This document shows, in pieces, positions 28,402 through 37,515 of a DNA stretch of 64,000 bases. The notes beneath the pieces were generated by a model, which made no database searches, was not told the DNA's origin, and worked only from the letters and a program-made list of their open reading frames with translations. Positions within the stretch are counted from its first letter, which is position 1, and each line of letters opens with the position of its first letter. The stretch covers positions 11,076-75,075 of the forward strand of contig DAOUHR010000156.1 in assembly GCA_034428635.1 (NCBI GenBank), in the 5' to 3' direction. The translations under genes were made by a program, and so were the position numbers. This DNA comes from Dehalococcoidia bacterium (GTDB lineage: Bacteria; Chloroflexota; Dehalococcoidia; Lucifugimonadales; UBA3495).

Positions 28402-29610
28402 CTACGAACAGGACCCCAGTATGTGACCCATCCTCAGCCGCTTGGTTTCCAGGTAGCCGCGGTTTTCTTCATTGGGCGGCACCTCAAGCTGGACCCGCTC
28501 CACCACGTCAACGTCAGAGCCGGAGAGGCCTATCAGTTTCTTGGGGTTGTTGGTCAACAGCCGCACTCGTTGGATTCCCAGGTCGGCAAGGATTTTGGCC
28601 CCTACCCCGTAATGTCGGGTGTCCGGATCAAATCCCAGCATCTTGTTGGCCTCTACGGTATCAACACCCCCATCCTGAAGGGAATATGCCTTAATCTTGT
28701 TGTGGAGGCCAATTCCCCGACCTTCCTGCCGCATGTACAGCAGGGCGCCCTTGCCTTCTTCACCCAGGCGCTTCAAAGCCAGTTCCAGCTGTTCACCGCA
28801 GTCGCATCGCATGCTCCCAAATACGTCGCCCGTCAGGCATTCGCTGTGAATGCGGGTAAGCACCGGTTCGTCAGGCTCCCACTCCCCTATGGTCAGGGCA
28901 ATATGCTCACCAGGATCATAAGGACTTTCGTAGGCGTACGCCTTGAAATCGCCGTATTTGGTGGGCATCCGCGCCTCGGCCACCTGCCTTATCTCCACCT
29001 GGTAACGGCGGCGGTGGGCTATGATCTGCGCGATGCTCACGATTTTCAGGCCGTGCTCGGCAGCGAATGTTTCCAGGTCGGGAAGGCGGGACATTGACCC
29101 GTCATCGTTCATTATTTCGCACACTACCCCCGCCGGATACATGCCAGCGATGTTGCACAGGTCAACAATCGCCTCAGTATGTCCGGGGCGGACCATAACC
29201 CCACCGGGGTGATATTGCAGGGGGAACAGGTGTCCGGGGCGCGAAAATTCCTCTGGCCTGGCTTCCGGGTCAATGAGGGCCTGGACGGTGGCGGCCCGGT
29301 CGGCGGCGGAAATGCCGGTGGTGGTCCCTACCTTGAAGTCGACCGACATGGTAAAGGCGGTGGGCATGTCATGGACGGCATTTTCGCTGTCTATCAGCTT
29401 GATGCCCAGTTCATTAAGCCGGTCTTCCTTCATGGGCATGCAGAGAAGGCCCCGGCCGTAAGTAACCAGGAAGTTGACGGCATCGGGAGTTACCATTTCC
29501 GCTGCCATCACCAGGTCGCCTTCGTTTTCCCGCTTCTCATCGTCGACGACTATGAGAATCTTGCCAGCTTTGAGTTCTTCCAGGGCCTCTTCCATGCTAG
29601 ATAGAGGCAT
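28402..29610 (-). CDS. ribBA: Bifunctional 3,4-dihydroxy-2-butanone-4-phosphate synthase / GTP cyclohydrolase II
   Basis: 402 aa. DDEKRENEGDLV (RibB) and RIHSECLTGDVFGSMRCDCG (RibA zinc site). Confidence 0.95.
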   Translation of the reverse strand: MPLSSMEEALEELKAGKILIVVDDEKRENEGDLVMAAEMVTPDAVNFLVTYGRGLLCMPMKEDRLNELGIKLIDSENAVHDMPTAFTMSVDFKVGTTTGISAADRAATVQALIDPEARPEEFSRPGHLFPLQYHPGGVMVRPGHTEAIVDLCNIAGMYPAGVVCEIMNDDGSMSRLPDLETFAAEHGLKIVSIAQIIAHRRRYQVEIRQVAEARMPTKYGDFKAYAYESPYDPGEHIALTIGEWEPDEPVLTRIHSECLTGDVFGSMRCDCGEQLELALKRLGEEGKGALLYMRQEGRGIGLHNKIKAYSLQDGGVDTVEANKMLGFDPDTRHYGVGAKILADLGIQRVRLLTNNPKKLIGLSGSDVDVVERVQLEVPPNEENRGYLETKRLRMGHILGSCS

Positions 29611-29669
29611 AACGTCTGTCAGTCTCCTCTGGTTTTCTGGTTGTGAAACCGCCCCTTCCCTTACCCCTC

Positions 29670-30260
29670 TTAAGCCGTACCCACCTGCTGGGACATCAAG
29701 CTTTCCACGTACTTGGCCAGGATGTCCACTTCCAGGTTAACTCTGCTTCCCACCGACTTGTCCTTCAGGTTTGTGTGGGAGAGGGTGTATGGTATCACAG
29801 AAATAGTGAACGATGCAGCCCCCCGCTTTACCACTGTAAGGCTTATTCCGTCCACGGCAATAAACCCTTTTTCCACCACGTAGGGCATCAACCGCTTGGG
29901 TACGCGCAGCCTGAAAATGTAGCAATTTCCCTCGGGCCTGATTGACATGACCCGGCCCGTGGCGTCTACGTGTCCCTGGACGATGTGGCCTCCCAGCCGG
30001 TCGCCAGCCGCCAGGGGACGTTCCAGGTTGGCGACGCTGCCCACCGACAGTTCGCCCAGGGAAGTGCGGCGCAGGGTTTCGGGCGCCAGGTCAACCCGGA
30101 ACTGCTCCCCCTCGAGTTCAACCACCGTCAGGCAAGTGCCATTTACGGAGATGCTGTCTCCCAGCTTCAGGTCTTCAAGGACCTGGGCCGCCGACATGGT
30201 AAGCCCGTACTCGCCGCAAGCCGCCACGGTCCCGACTTCTTCTACAATTCCGGTAAACAT
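29670..30260 (-). CDS. ribE: Riboflavin synthase alpha chain
   Basis: MFTGIVEEVG start at 30260, with the internal duplicated barrel (GDSISVNGTCLTV / GFIAVDGISLTV). The track start at 30320 adds 20 unrelated residues. Confidence 0.9.
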   Translation of the reverse strand: MFTGIVEEVGTVAACGEYGLTMSAAQVLEDLKLGDSISVNGTCLTVVELEGEQFRVDLAPETLRRTSLGELSVGSVANLERPLAAGDRLGGHIVQGHVDATGRVMSIRPEGNCYIFRLRVPKRLMPYVVEKGFIAVDGISLTVVKRGAASFTISVIPYTLSHTNLKDKSVGSRVNLEVDILAKYVESLMSQQVGTA

Positions 30261-30392
30261 AACGCTGGCACCTTCGAGGTATCTTTCGAGCTTCCTCCAC
30301 ATCCGCGGGATGTGGTACATGCTATGGGTGTTGCTTTGCCTACTTCAATCTGCGGCGCCAGCCTGTACACTTCAAAACTGAAGACATAGACA

Positions 30393-31505
30393 CTAAACGC
30401 CGCCAGCGTCCCTGCCGGGATAGCCCGTAATCAACCAGTCAGGCCCAATCTGCCGGATCTCGGCCCCTCCCACCCGCCATGCTTGGGACATTAGCTCCGG
30501 TCCGTGACCCTCAATGGGGGAAGCGGCCTGCATGCCTCCGATTATAACGGGCGCGATGAAGACCTTCACCTTGTCCACCAGCCCGTCGTCAAACAGGGAA
30601 CCCAGGGTAATCCCCCCGCCTTCTACCAGCAGGCTGACCACGCCTCGGTGCCCCAGTTCCACCAGTACCTCTCCCATCTCCAACATGCCCGGCTCGTGCA
30701 GGGGACTAGTCCAGGTTTCTGCTCCTGCCTGCTGCAACCGTTCTATTTCGTTCCCGGTAGCGTCGCTGGACGTGATTATCAGCGTCTTCCCCGGCTCGCT
30801 CAGCATCTTTGCCTTGGACGGTGTCCTGCAGTGGCTGTCCAGCACTACCCTCAAAGGTTGCTGCTCCAGGGGCCGGCCGTCGGAACCTCGGGCAGTAAGC
30901 TGGGGGTCGTCCGCCAGCAATGTATTGATGCCCACCATGATGGCGTCGCATTCCCGGCGCATCTGCTGGACTTCAGCCCGGGCCAGGGGACCGGTAACCC
31001 ACTTGGAGTCGCCGGCGTAAGTGGCGATCTTGCCATCCAGGCTCATGGCAAACTTGGCGGTGACAAAGGGCAGCCCGGTAATGATGTGCTTGCCGAAGGC
31101 CTCGTAGAGTTCGTGTGCACCTTCGGCTGGTTCAATGCTGGCCGCTATTCCAGCATCGCGCAGCTTTTCCATACCCTTGCCGGCTACCAGCGGGTTGGGG
31201 TCAATGATGGCTACCGCCACCTCATTGATACCGGCGGCGATAATGGCATCGGTGCAGGGGGGCGTTCTGCCGTAGTGGCAGCAAGGTTCCAGCGTGGTGT
31301 AGAGGGTGGCCCCGACAGCGAGATGGCCCGCCTGCTCCAGGGCGCCAACCTCGGCGTGGCGCTGGCCCGGCGGCAGCGTGTACCCTTCCCCCACCACCGC
31401 GCCGTCCTTGACAATCACCGCCCCCACGGCCGGATTGGGGCTGGTGCTTCCCAATGCCCCCCGCGCCAGTTCAATCGCCCGCTGCATGGGAGAAGTCTCA
31501 CTCAT
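30393..31505 (-). CDS. ribD: Bifunctional diaminohydroxyphosphoribosylaminopyrimidine deaminase / 5-amino-6-(5-phosphoribosylamino)uracil reductase
   Basis: 370 aa. Deaminase HAEVGAL...PCCHYGRTPPC zinc motif plus a C-terminal reductase domain. Confidence 0.95.
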   Translation of the reverse strand: MSETSPMQRAIELARGALGSTSPNPAVGAVIVKDGAVVGEGYTLPPGQRHAEVGALEQAGHLAVGATLYTTLEPCCHYGRTPPCTDAIIAAGINEVAVAIIDPNPLVAGKGMEKLRDAGIAASIEPAEGAHELYEAFGKHIITGLPFVTAKFAMSLDGKIATYAGDSKWVTGPLARAEVQQMRRECDAIMVGINTLLADDPQLTARGSDGRPLEQQPLRVVLDSHCRTPSKAKMLSEPGKTLIITSSDATGNEIERLQQAGAETWTSPLHEPGMLEMGEVLVELGHRGVVSLLVEGGGITLGSLFDDGLVDKVKVFIAPVIIGGMQAASPIEGHGPELMSQAWRVGGAEIRQIGPDWLITGYPGRDAGGV

Positions 31506-31566
31506 CTTCAGTTATCTATTCCGCTACAGACAGAATTTGGAATTTCTTTCCAATCCGGGCGCTCTA

Positions 31567-31729
31567 GGGGGTGTCGTCAAAAGCCGAGTTTCGTCTTTCC
31601 GGCGAAAGCCGGAATCCAGATCCGTCATGTAAATGGGTGATATGCTCCGCGATATACCAGGACTCTGGTATATCGCCTGTTTATACCCGATACCTAACCG
31701 GCGGTAATGGCTAATTTGACGACACTCCC
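31567..31729 (-). mobile_element. MITE family B, copy 2 (inverted relative to copy 1), inside the rib operon leader
   Basis: GGGGGTGTCGTCAAAAG...TTTGACGACACTCCC, flanked by TA (31565-31566 and 31730-31731). It is the reverse complement of 12725-12887 with roughly 85% identity by eye, including the gatataccag/ctggtatatc palindrome. Confidence 0.8.
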
Positions 31730-31850
31730 TATGCCAGGTGGGTACGGGTTTCCTGCTTACTCCACTCTCGCTATCCAGACACTCTACCGGGCGGGACAAC
31801 CCGTGCCGCGACTATATGGCATGGTGGTCGCCGCTTCCCGCCGCTGCAAG

Positions 31851-32423
31851 TCATTCCCCCGGTAGAAAATCCCGGTGAAACCGGCTGGCGGTAGGTTCCG
31901 TCTGCCCCTGGTATTTGCTGCCAAGAGACTCGGAACCGTAAAGGCGTTCCGCCGGCGTGGTAAGGGTCAGGAAGGAAATCTGCCCGATTTTCATGCCGTA
32001 GTAGAGGGTTATGGGAAGCCTGGCAAGATTGCTCAATTCGAGGGTCAGATTGCCCTTCCAGCCCGGGTCCACGAACCCGGCTGTGGAGTGAATGACCAGG
32101 CCGATGCGCCCCAATGAACTCTTGCCCTCCAGCCGGGCCACCAAGTCCTCAGGCAGTTCTATGTGCTCCACGGTACTGCCCAGCACAAAGTCGCCAGGAT
32201 GCAGGATGAAGGGTTTATCGTCCTCTATTTGCACCAGCTCACTCAGGCTTTCCAGGCTGTCCTTGACGTCTATATAGGGCTGCTGGTGGTTAGTGAAAAC
32301 GAGAATCTTCCGGTCCAGGTGCAGGTCCACACTGGCCGGCTGAATATCCTCAGGATCCAACGGATCAATGACGATCCGTCCCTCCCCCAGCGCATCCTTT
32401 ATTGACCGGTCACTCAGTACCAT
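31851..32423 (-). CDS. dcd: dCTP deaminase (dCTP deaminase/dUTPase family)
   Basis: ATG 32423 gives MVLSDRSIKDALGEGRIVIDPL...GWKGNLTLELSN...GSKYQGQTEPT. The track start at 32528 adds 35 implausible residues (Cys/Trp/Arg-rich). Confidence 0.9.
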   Translation of the reverse strand: MVLSDRSIKDALGEGRIVIDPLDPEDIQPASVDLHLDRKILVFTNHQQPYIDVKDSLESLSELVQIEDDKPFILHPGDFVLGSTVEHIELPEDLVARLEGKSSLGRIGLVIHSTAGFVDPGWKGNLTLELSNLARLPITLYYGMKIGQISFLTLTTPAERLYGSESLGSKYQGQTEPTASRFHRDFLPGE

Positions 32424-32593
32424 GTTGCGCCCTGTTGTTCGGAGACCATCGCAGTACCACCATTCCGGCGAACCCTGAATCCATGAGCGCCCGGAGCGGA
32501 TATTGCAGCAGGCTCGATTTTGCCACAAATCAGGTCATCTGCCGATTTAGTCAGAGACATCCCTTCCTTGAGGCCCGTCCAGCCTCTCCAATC

Positions 32594-32626
32594 AAAAGTG
32601 TGCCCCGGCACTTTCCGGGGCACACT
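32594..32626 (-). terminator. Intrinsic terminator downstream of the SIMPL gene
   Basis: A perfect 12-bp stem, AGTGTGCCCCGG (32597-32608) / CCGGGGCACACT (32615-32626), with a 6-nt loop. The minus-strand RNA continues UUUGAUUG. Confidence 0.55.
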
Positions 32627-32691
32627 GATTCTAAAGCCTCTTCGGTCGCAAAAACAACCGTGCCGACCAGGAACACTCTCGGCCTATTCCA

Positions 32692-33840
32692 TTACTCTCC
32701 ACTGCCAATCAGGTATTGCCCAACAACGTTCACTGCGACGGAAACCTCGCCCGGTGATATAGGGGTCGCAACACCGCCAGCGGAGTCGGCAGCAGCCATG
32801 GCTAGAGCAAATTCAGCCCTGACTACTGGAGGTTGGAATCCACCCGTCTCTGTCAGATACACCAGGTCGCCCAGTTCAACCCCCGCCAGGGCGGCCAGTT
32901 CCCGTGCCTTGGCTTCCAGGTCTGAAACGGCTAAGCTGCGGGCCTCCGTTTCCAATTCGGTTGTGTTTTCCAGCGAGAAGGACAGACCATTAAACCGAAT
33001 GTTGTCTTCCCCAGCCTCCACCGCCCCGTCAATCAAGTCATCCACCGTTTCCAGGTCCCGCACCAGCACCGTCAGGTTGTTGCTGACCTCGTAGCCCGTT
33101 ATGACGGACCGGTACTCTTGAAAACACTCCTGCGCCTTGGGTTCGGCCACCATGCTCATCGAGCCGGGACCTTCCGTCGTGCCTTCCCCTTCGCTTTGAA
33201 CCTCTGCCTTCTCCGCATCGTCGGCCTCGACGCAACGGGTAATCTCCCGCCCGGTGTAGCGGGGCTGAATGCTGAAATATCCGGTTTGAATGTCCTTTTC
33301 CTCTACGCCGTCCTCCTTCACGGAAGCCATAACCGCGGTCATCGCCTCAGCGGCGGCGGTGCGCGCCTCACCCACTGTGGCCTCAATTGCTTCCACTCCC
33401 AGCCTCAGGGTGGCCAGATCCGGCGCTGCGCTGGCCCTCCCCGAGCCCGATACCACAATGCCTGCGGAGCCGTCCCGCTCAGCCACCTGCGGCCGAAACT
33501 CTTCGCCACTGGGAATGCCTTCGCCCGGTGATTCGCGGGCAGCCACGTTCGCGTTGCTTTCTTCCGCTTGCGTGGACTCCACTTCCGCAACCACCGCGGC
33601 GGGTTCAGTATCCGCTTCCTCCGGGGCCTGAATTGCCGCCGGGGCCTGAATTGCCGCTGGAACCTGGCCTGCCGACCTGGCCGCGTCCGCCTCTGCCACC
33701 ACTACCGCAGCTTCCTCACCCGCTTGTGCCCCGCCCACAGTAGTACTCGCCGGCACCTGCGATGAACAGGCCAGCGCCAGCAGCGTAACGACCCCCAACG
33801 CCAGAAATACGAAAAAGTGCTTGAACCTTGATTTGAACAT
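32692..33840 (-). CDS. SIMPL (DUF541) domain lipoprotein with Ala/Glu-rich N-terminal linker
   Basis: Lipobox LALACSS. C-terminal GYEVSNNLTVLVRDLETVDDLIDGAVEAGEDNIRFNGLSFSLENTTELETEARSLAVSDLEAKARELA is the SIMPL/26-kDa periplasmic protein pattern. Confidence 0.75.
   Translation of the reverse strand: MFKSRFKHFFVFLALGVVTLLALACSSQVPASTTVGGAQAGEEAAVVVAEADAARSAGQVPAAIQAPAAIQAPEEADTEPAAVVAEVESTQAEESNANVAARESPGEGIPSGEEFRPQVAERDGSAGIVVSGSGRASAAPDLATLRLGVEAIEATVGEARTAAAEAMTAVMASVKEDGVEEKDIQTGYFSIQPRYTGREITRCVEADDAEKAEVQSEGEGTTEGPGSMSMVAEPKAQECFQEYRSVITGYEVSNNLTVLVRDLETVDDLIDGAVEAGEDNIRFNGLSFSLENTTELETEARSLAVSDLEAKARELAALAGVELGDLVYLTETGGFQPPVVRAEFALAMAAADSAGGVATPISPGEVSVAVNVVGQYLIGSGE
33621..33656. 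repeat. Perfect 18-bp tandem duplication (ccggggcctgaattgccg x2) inside the SIMPL gene
   Basis: Units 33621-33638 and 33639-33656 are identical. The repeat encodes an in-frame PAAIQAPAAIQA. Confidence 0.95.
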
Positions 33841-33884
33841 TTCCCTTCTCCCTCCTCAATTCTCCAGTCTGGGACGATTCACTA

Positions 33885-35459
33885 TTACAGACGTATCAGA
33901 TTCCTGATTTGTTCCCTGCTTCTACCGCCAGGACGGAGACGCAGCAAGAATATTGTCGCCACCCCAAGAATCAACGCCGCTGCCGCCACAGCGATCAATG
34001 CTGTAAGGACCAGGCCGTCCGATAACGACCTGCCGGCTGTACCCCCCGGACCTTGCGGACCTTGCGGGCCCCATGCGCCTGCCGCGCCAGGGTCCCCTTG
34101 CGTACCAACTGGACCCCTCGCTCCATACCCTCCAGAAGGGCCAGCGGGACCAGCGGGACCACCCCCACCAGCAGGCCCCGCAGCGCCTTCCCGGGCACTG
34201 GGGCCGGAGGGTCCACGGGATTCAACTGCCGCGGTTGTTACCTCAGACTCTGGGTCCTCAGTTGCCACAGGCGCTGTATCAATCGTGGCCGGCCCAGGCA
34301 CGGTCCCGGCCCTGGCAATGGCCGCCACCGTCGCCGTCGGCGCAGCAATAGTCGGCGCGGGGGTTGCGGCTTGGGGCGTTTCTTGAGGCATGGGGGTGGC
34401 AATAGTCTCTTCCGACACGGGAGTTGCCGCCAGCGCCAGCGGAACTAGTCCCCCTGCTTGAACCACAGGCCCAGGAGTCGGCGTCTCGTCCATCTCTCCC
34501 GCGCTCGATGACCCTTCGCCAGCCGGCGTTGCGGGAATTGCGCCGACCTCGACCTTGACGATCGGCGTTGGCGCCCCTGCTCCAGCGTGACCAGTAGTTG
34601 CCTCCGGTACTTGTGCTGCCGCCTCCACTGGAGTCTCTACTTCGGGTTCCCCCGCGCCCGCCGCCCGCGCCGCGGCAGCAACGGGCGCCGCGGTGGGTAT
34701 CGGCCTCTCCCCTGCGGCAGCAACTTGAGGTTCTGCCGCCGCCGCCGGAGCAGCCGTAGGTTCCGCCTGCGCCGCAAAAAACCCGGCCGCAGGCGTGGGT
34801 TCAGTCTCTGTCTCCACAATCCTCTCCACCAGGACTTCCGTTTCCACCTCGACTTCAGCCATAACTTCGGGGGCGGCCTCCTGGCGTTCCACAGAATCTA
34901 CAAGCGGAATTGGCGCCGACTCCGGCGAACCCCCTTCGGTGGCCTTTGACTGTACCACCGCGGGTTCAGCCGGTGCTGCCGGCTGCGCTGGCGGCATTGC
35001 TTGTGGGACGGCAGCGGAGGCGGGGACGCTGGCAGCCTGCTCCATTTCCATGGAAGCGGTGGATGCCACGCGGTCGAACTCCTCCTCGCTCCCCTGGGGC
35101 AGCCATGTACCTACCGTCCCGCTCAGGACAAATACAATCACCGCTACCCCGGCCACCGCCGCTGCTCCGGCGTAGGCCCACCCCGGCATCCGAAACCCCG
35201 GGGCAGCCACCGCACGATACCCTTCGGTCACAGCCGGCGCCGGGGCTTCCGCGAAAACGAAGCTTCGCGTCAGCGGTTCATGGGGCAGGGCCTGCAACAG
35301 CGCACGGGTCTGTTGCAGCGACTCCAGTTCCTTCCGGCACTGGGCGCACCCTTCTACGGCCCGTTCCAGCCGCGCCCCTTGTTCCGAAGATAGCCGGCCG
35401 CTGACGTAGTCGCTCAGCCGGTCTTCGCTCAAATGCCTATGTCCGCCAAATAACCACAT
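33885..35459 (-). CDS. Anti-sigma factor with long Ala/Pro/Glu-rich extracytoplasmic region, collagen-like G-X-Y tract and C-terminal TM
   Basis: Starts 7 nt after the ECF sigma stop. N-terminal anti-sigma-type helix with a CxxC (LSDYVSGRLSSEQGARLERAVEGCAQC). TM1 is WAYAGAAAVAGVAVIVFVLSG. About 300 aa of low complexity follow, then 18 uninterrupted GXY triplets, then TM2 LVLTALIAVAAAALILGVATIFLL. Confidence 0.7.
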   Translation of the reverse strand: MWLFGGHRHLSEDRLSDYVSGRLSSEQGARLERAVEGCAQCRKELESLQQTRALLQALPHEPLTRSFVFAEAPAPAVTEGYRAVAAPGFRMPGWAYAGAAAVAGVAVIVFVLSGTVGTWLPQGSEEEFDRVASTASMEMEQAASVPASAAVPQAMPPAQPAAPAEPAVVQSKATEGGSPESAPIPLVDSVERQEAAPEVMAEVEVETEVLVERIVETETEPTPAAGFFAAQAEPTAAPAAAAEPQVAAAGERPIPTAAPVAAAARAAGAGEPEVETPVEAAAQVPEATTGHAGAGAPTPIVKVEVGAIPATPAGEGSSSAGEMDETPTPGPVVQAGGLVPLALAATPVSEETIATPMPQETPQAATPAPTIAAPTATVAAIARAGTVPGPATIDTAPVATEDPESEVTTAAVESRGPSGPSAREGAAGPAGGGGPAGPAGPSGGYGARGPVGTQGDPGAAGAWGPQGPQGPGGTAGRSLSDGLVLTALIAVAAAALILGVATIFLLRLRPGGRSREQIRNLIRL

Positions 35460-35466
35460 ATCTCTA

Positions 35467-36114
35467 CTATTCCTGACGGAACCCGGAAGGTAGAAGTTCC
35501 CCAGATCCCCTTAGGAAGTCACGCAACTCCCGGCGTCCCCGGCTTATGCGGGATTTTATGGTCCCCACCGAGCAGTTCATGGCCGTTGCAGCTTCCTCGT
35601 AGCTGAACCCTTCAACGTCCACCAGCAAAATGGCCATCTTCCGCTCCTCTGCCAGCGACTCCAATCCGGCTTCGATGGTGCGACGAAGCTCCCCGCGCTC
35701 AGCTGACTCTTCGGGGGACTCCTGGTCTGAGGGCAGATTCGCGGCTGTCATGACGCCGTCATCCGTATCAGGGTCGGTGTCCACCGGGTCAAGAGGAATT
35801 GAAGGGCGGGAACGGCTGGCCCGCAGCATATCCCGGCAGTTGTTGGTCACTATTCGCATTAACCAGCCCCGCAGGTTATCGCCCCGAAACTGGCTGAATG
35901 ATCGGTATGCGGAGGTGAGGCTTTCCTGCACCGCATCCTCCGCCAGGTGGCGGTCGTACAGAATGCGGCAGGCAACACTGTAAGCCTGAGCCTGGAAGCC
36001 TGTGACGATGCAGTTGAAGCAGTAAGAGGCGCCCTTCCGGTCCGTGATGGGGAGCGTGGGATGGTCGGAACAAGTTTGGGACAGATCATGCAGCCTGTAG
36101 TCTGTGTTCGCCAT
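35467..36114 (-). CDS. ECF-type RNA polymerase sigma factor (sigma-70 family, regions 2 and 4)
   Basis: AEDAVQESLTSAYRSFSQFRGDNLRGWLMRIVTNNCRDMLR (region 2) and MAILLVDVEGFSYEEAATAMNCSVGTIKSRISRGRRELR (region 4). The N-terminal start is not certain. Confidence 0.85.
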   Translation of the reverse strand: MANTDYRLHDLSQTCSDHPTLPITDRKGASYCFNCIVTGFQAQAYSVACRILYDRHLAEDAVQESLTSAYRSFSQFRGDNLRGWLMRIVTNNCRDMLRASRSRPSIPLDPVDTDPDTDDGVMTAANLPSDQESPEESAERGELRRTIEAGLESLAEERKMAILLVDVEGFSYEEAATAMNCSVGTIKSRISRGRRELRDFLRGSGELLPSGFRQE

Positions 36115-36226
36115 CTACCCGCTGAAGAGGCCCTTGACCTCTCCACCCCTGCCGCACAAACCTGCGAAAGGACCCATCCCCAACCGGCAATCCCCGCCCC
36201 GCGATGACCGCTTGGCCCTGGACGGT

Positions 36227-37456
36227 TTAGCCCTGGAAGGATACCCGTCCATCCAGCAAACCCCGCGCCATCACGAACTTGTGAATCTCCGAGGTGCCGC
36301 CGCCGATGCGGGCGTGGCGCAGCAGGTGATACCAGTGGGGAATCGGCATATCCAGGGTTTCACCCATTCCGCCGAATACTTGCATTATCTTGTCAATGCT
36401 TCGGCAGCCCCATTCCCCGGCACAGTACTTGATCATGGAAGCCTCTACCCGGACGTCTTCTCCCTGATCGGCACGGGCGGCGGTCTCGCGGGTTACGGCC
36501 CTCAAGTTCATAATGTCGATGTAAACATCGGTCAGCATCCACTGAATGGCTTGGCGGTCGCTGATCGGCCGTCCGTAGGTAACCCGCTGCTTGGCCCAAT
36601 CAATAGCCATCTCCAGGGCTCGTGTAAGAATTCCCAGCGCCATGGACCCGCGCAGCAGCCGATCATGGTGGACCAGCCATTGCTGGCCCAGTGAGAACCC
36701 CATGCCCACTTCGCCCAGGACCTGGGTCTGGGGCACCCGCACTTCGTCCAAATTGACCATGTACTGCTGGGCACGGGTCGGCACAATCCACACCCGAATG
36801 GGGTCAAAGCTCAACCCGGGCGTGGGGTTATCCACGATAAACATGGTGATGCCGCCCCGCTGGCGCTTCTCCTCGTCGGTTACTGCCTGCACCAGCAGAA
36901 AGTCGGCGCTGGCCGCCCCTGAGATGAACATCTTGGATCCGGTAATCACCCAGTCGTCTCCGTCCCGCACTGCGCGGGTCTGCATCATTCCACCGGGATC
37001 CGAGCCTGCCTGGGGTTCCGTCTGGCCGAAGGCGTAATTCAGGTCTCCCTGGATAGCCGGGTACAGGTACTTTTCTTCCTGTTCGGGCGTGCAGGAGCCA
37101 ATCATCATCATCGGTACGGGGGAGGTTGGAAGCTGTACGACGCTCTTATGGATCTCCTCGTCCATTACTACGTGGCCCAGGGCGCCCATGCCCCCGCCGC
37201 CGTACTCCTCTGGTACGAAGGAGGTATAGATTCCGGTGTCTTTGGAAATCCGGTTCAGCCTTCCCCACTTTTCGTGGTCCAGGGTTCCCACTATGCCCAT
37301 TACCGTTTCGGCAATCCCCTTGGGGCCGCCGTCATCAACGCCTTCCTGGGGCGGGTTGGCCAGGTATTCGGATTCGAGCGGGACGCATTCGTCTCTTACG
37401 ATTTGACGGATCATGTTCTTGAAGCCGTCAAGTTCAGGGGAAAGTCCTGGTTGCAT
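36227..37456 (-). CDS. Acyl-CoA dehydrogenase family protein
   Basis: 409 aa. AFGQTEPQAGSDPGGM...ITGSKMFISGA...FGGMGETLDMPIPHWYHLLRHARIGGGTSEI matches ACAD N/M/C domains. Confidence 0.9.
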   Translation of the reverse strand: MQPGLSPELDGFKNMIRQIVRDECVPLESEYLANPPQEGVDDGGPKGIAETVMGIVGTLDHEKWGRLNRISKDTGIYTSFVPEEYGGGGMGALGHVVMDEEIHKSVVQLPTSPVPMMMIGSCTPEQEEKYLYPAIQGDLNYAFGQTEPQAGSDPGGMMQTRAVRDGDDWVITGSKMFISGAASADFLLVQAVTDEEKRQRGGITMFIVDNPTPGLSFDPIRVWIVPTRAQQYMVNLDEVRVPQTQVLGEVGMGFSLGQQWLVHHDRLLRGSMALGILTRALEMAIDWAKQRVTYGRPISDRQAIQWMLTDVYIDIMNLRAVTRETAARADQGEDVRVEASMIKYCAGEWGCRSIDKIMQVFGGMGETLDMPIPHWYHLLRHARIGGGTSEIHKFVMARGLLDGRVSFQG

Positions 37457-37515
37457 GGGTAAGCTCCGACAAAAGTTGGTGGGGGAATGGCTTGGACGCC
37501 GAGTCTTGTGGTTCA

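Noticed and set aside
31860-31905. Plus-strand string cccggtgaaaccggctggcggtagg resembling the FMN-aptamer GGTGAAATTCC/ACCGGCGGTA core
   Set aside because: It lies inside the dcd coding sequence (encoding the conserved C-terminal GQTEPTASRF region) and on the strand opposite to the rib operon. This is coincidental.
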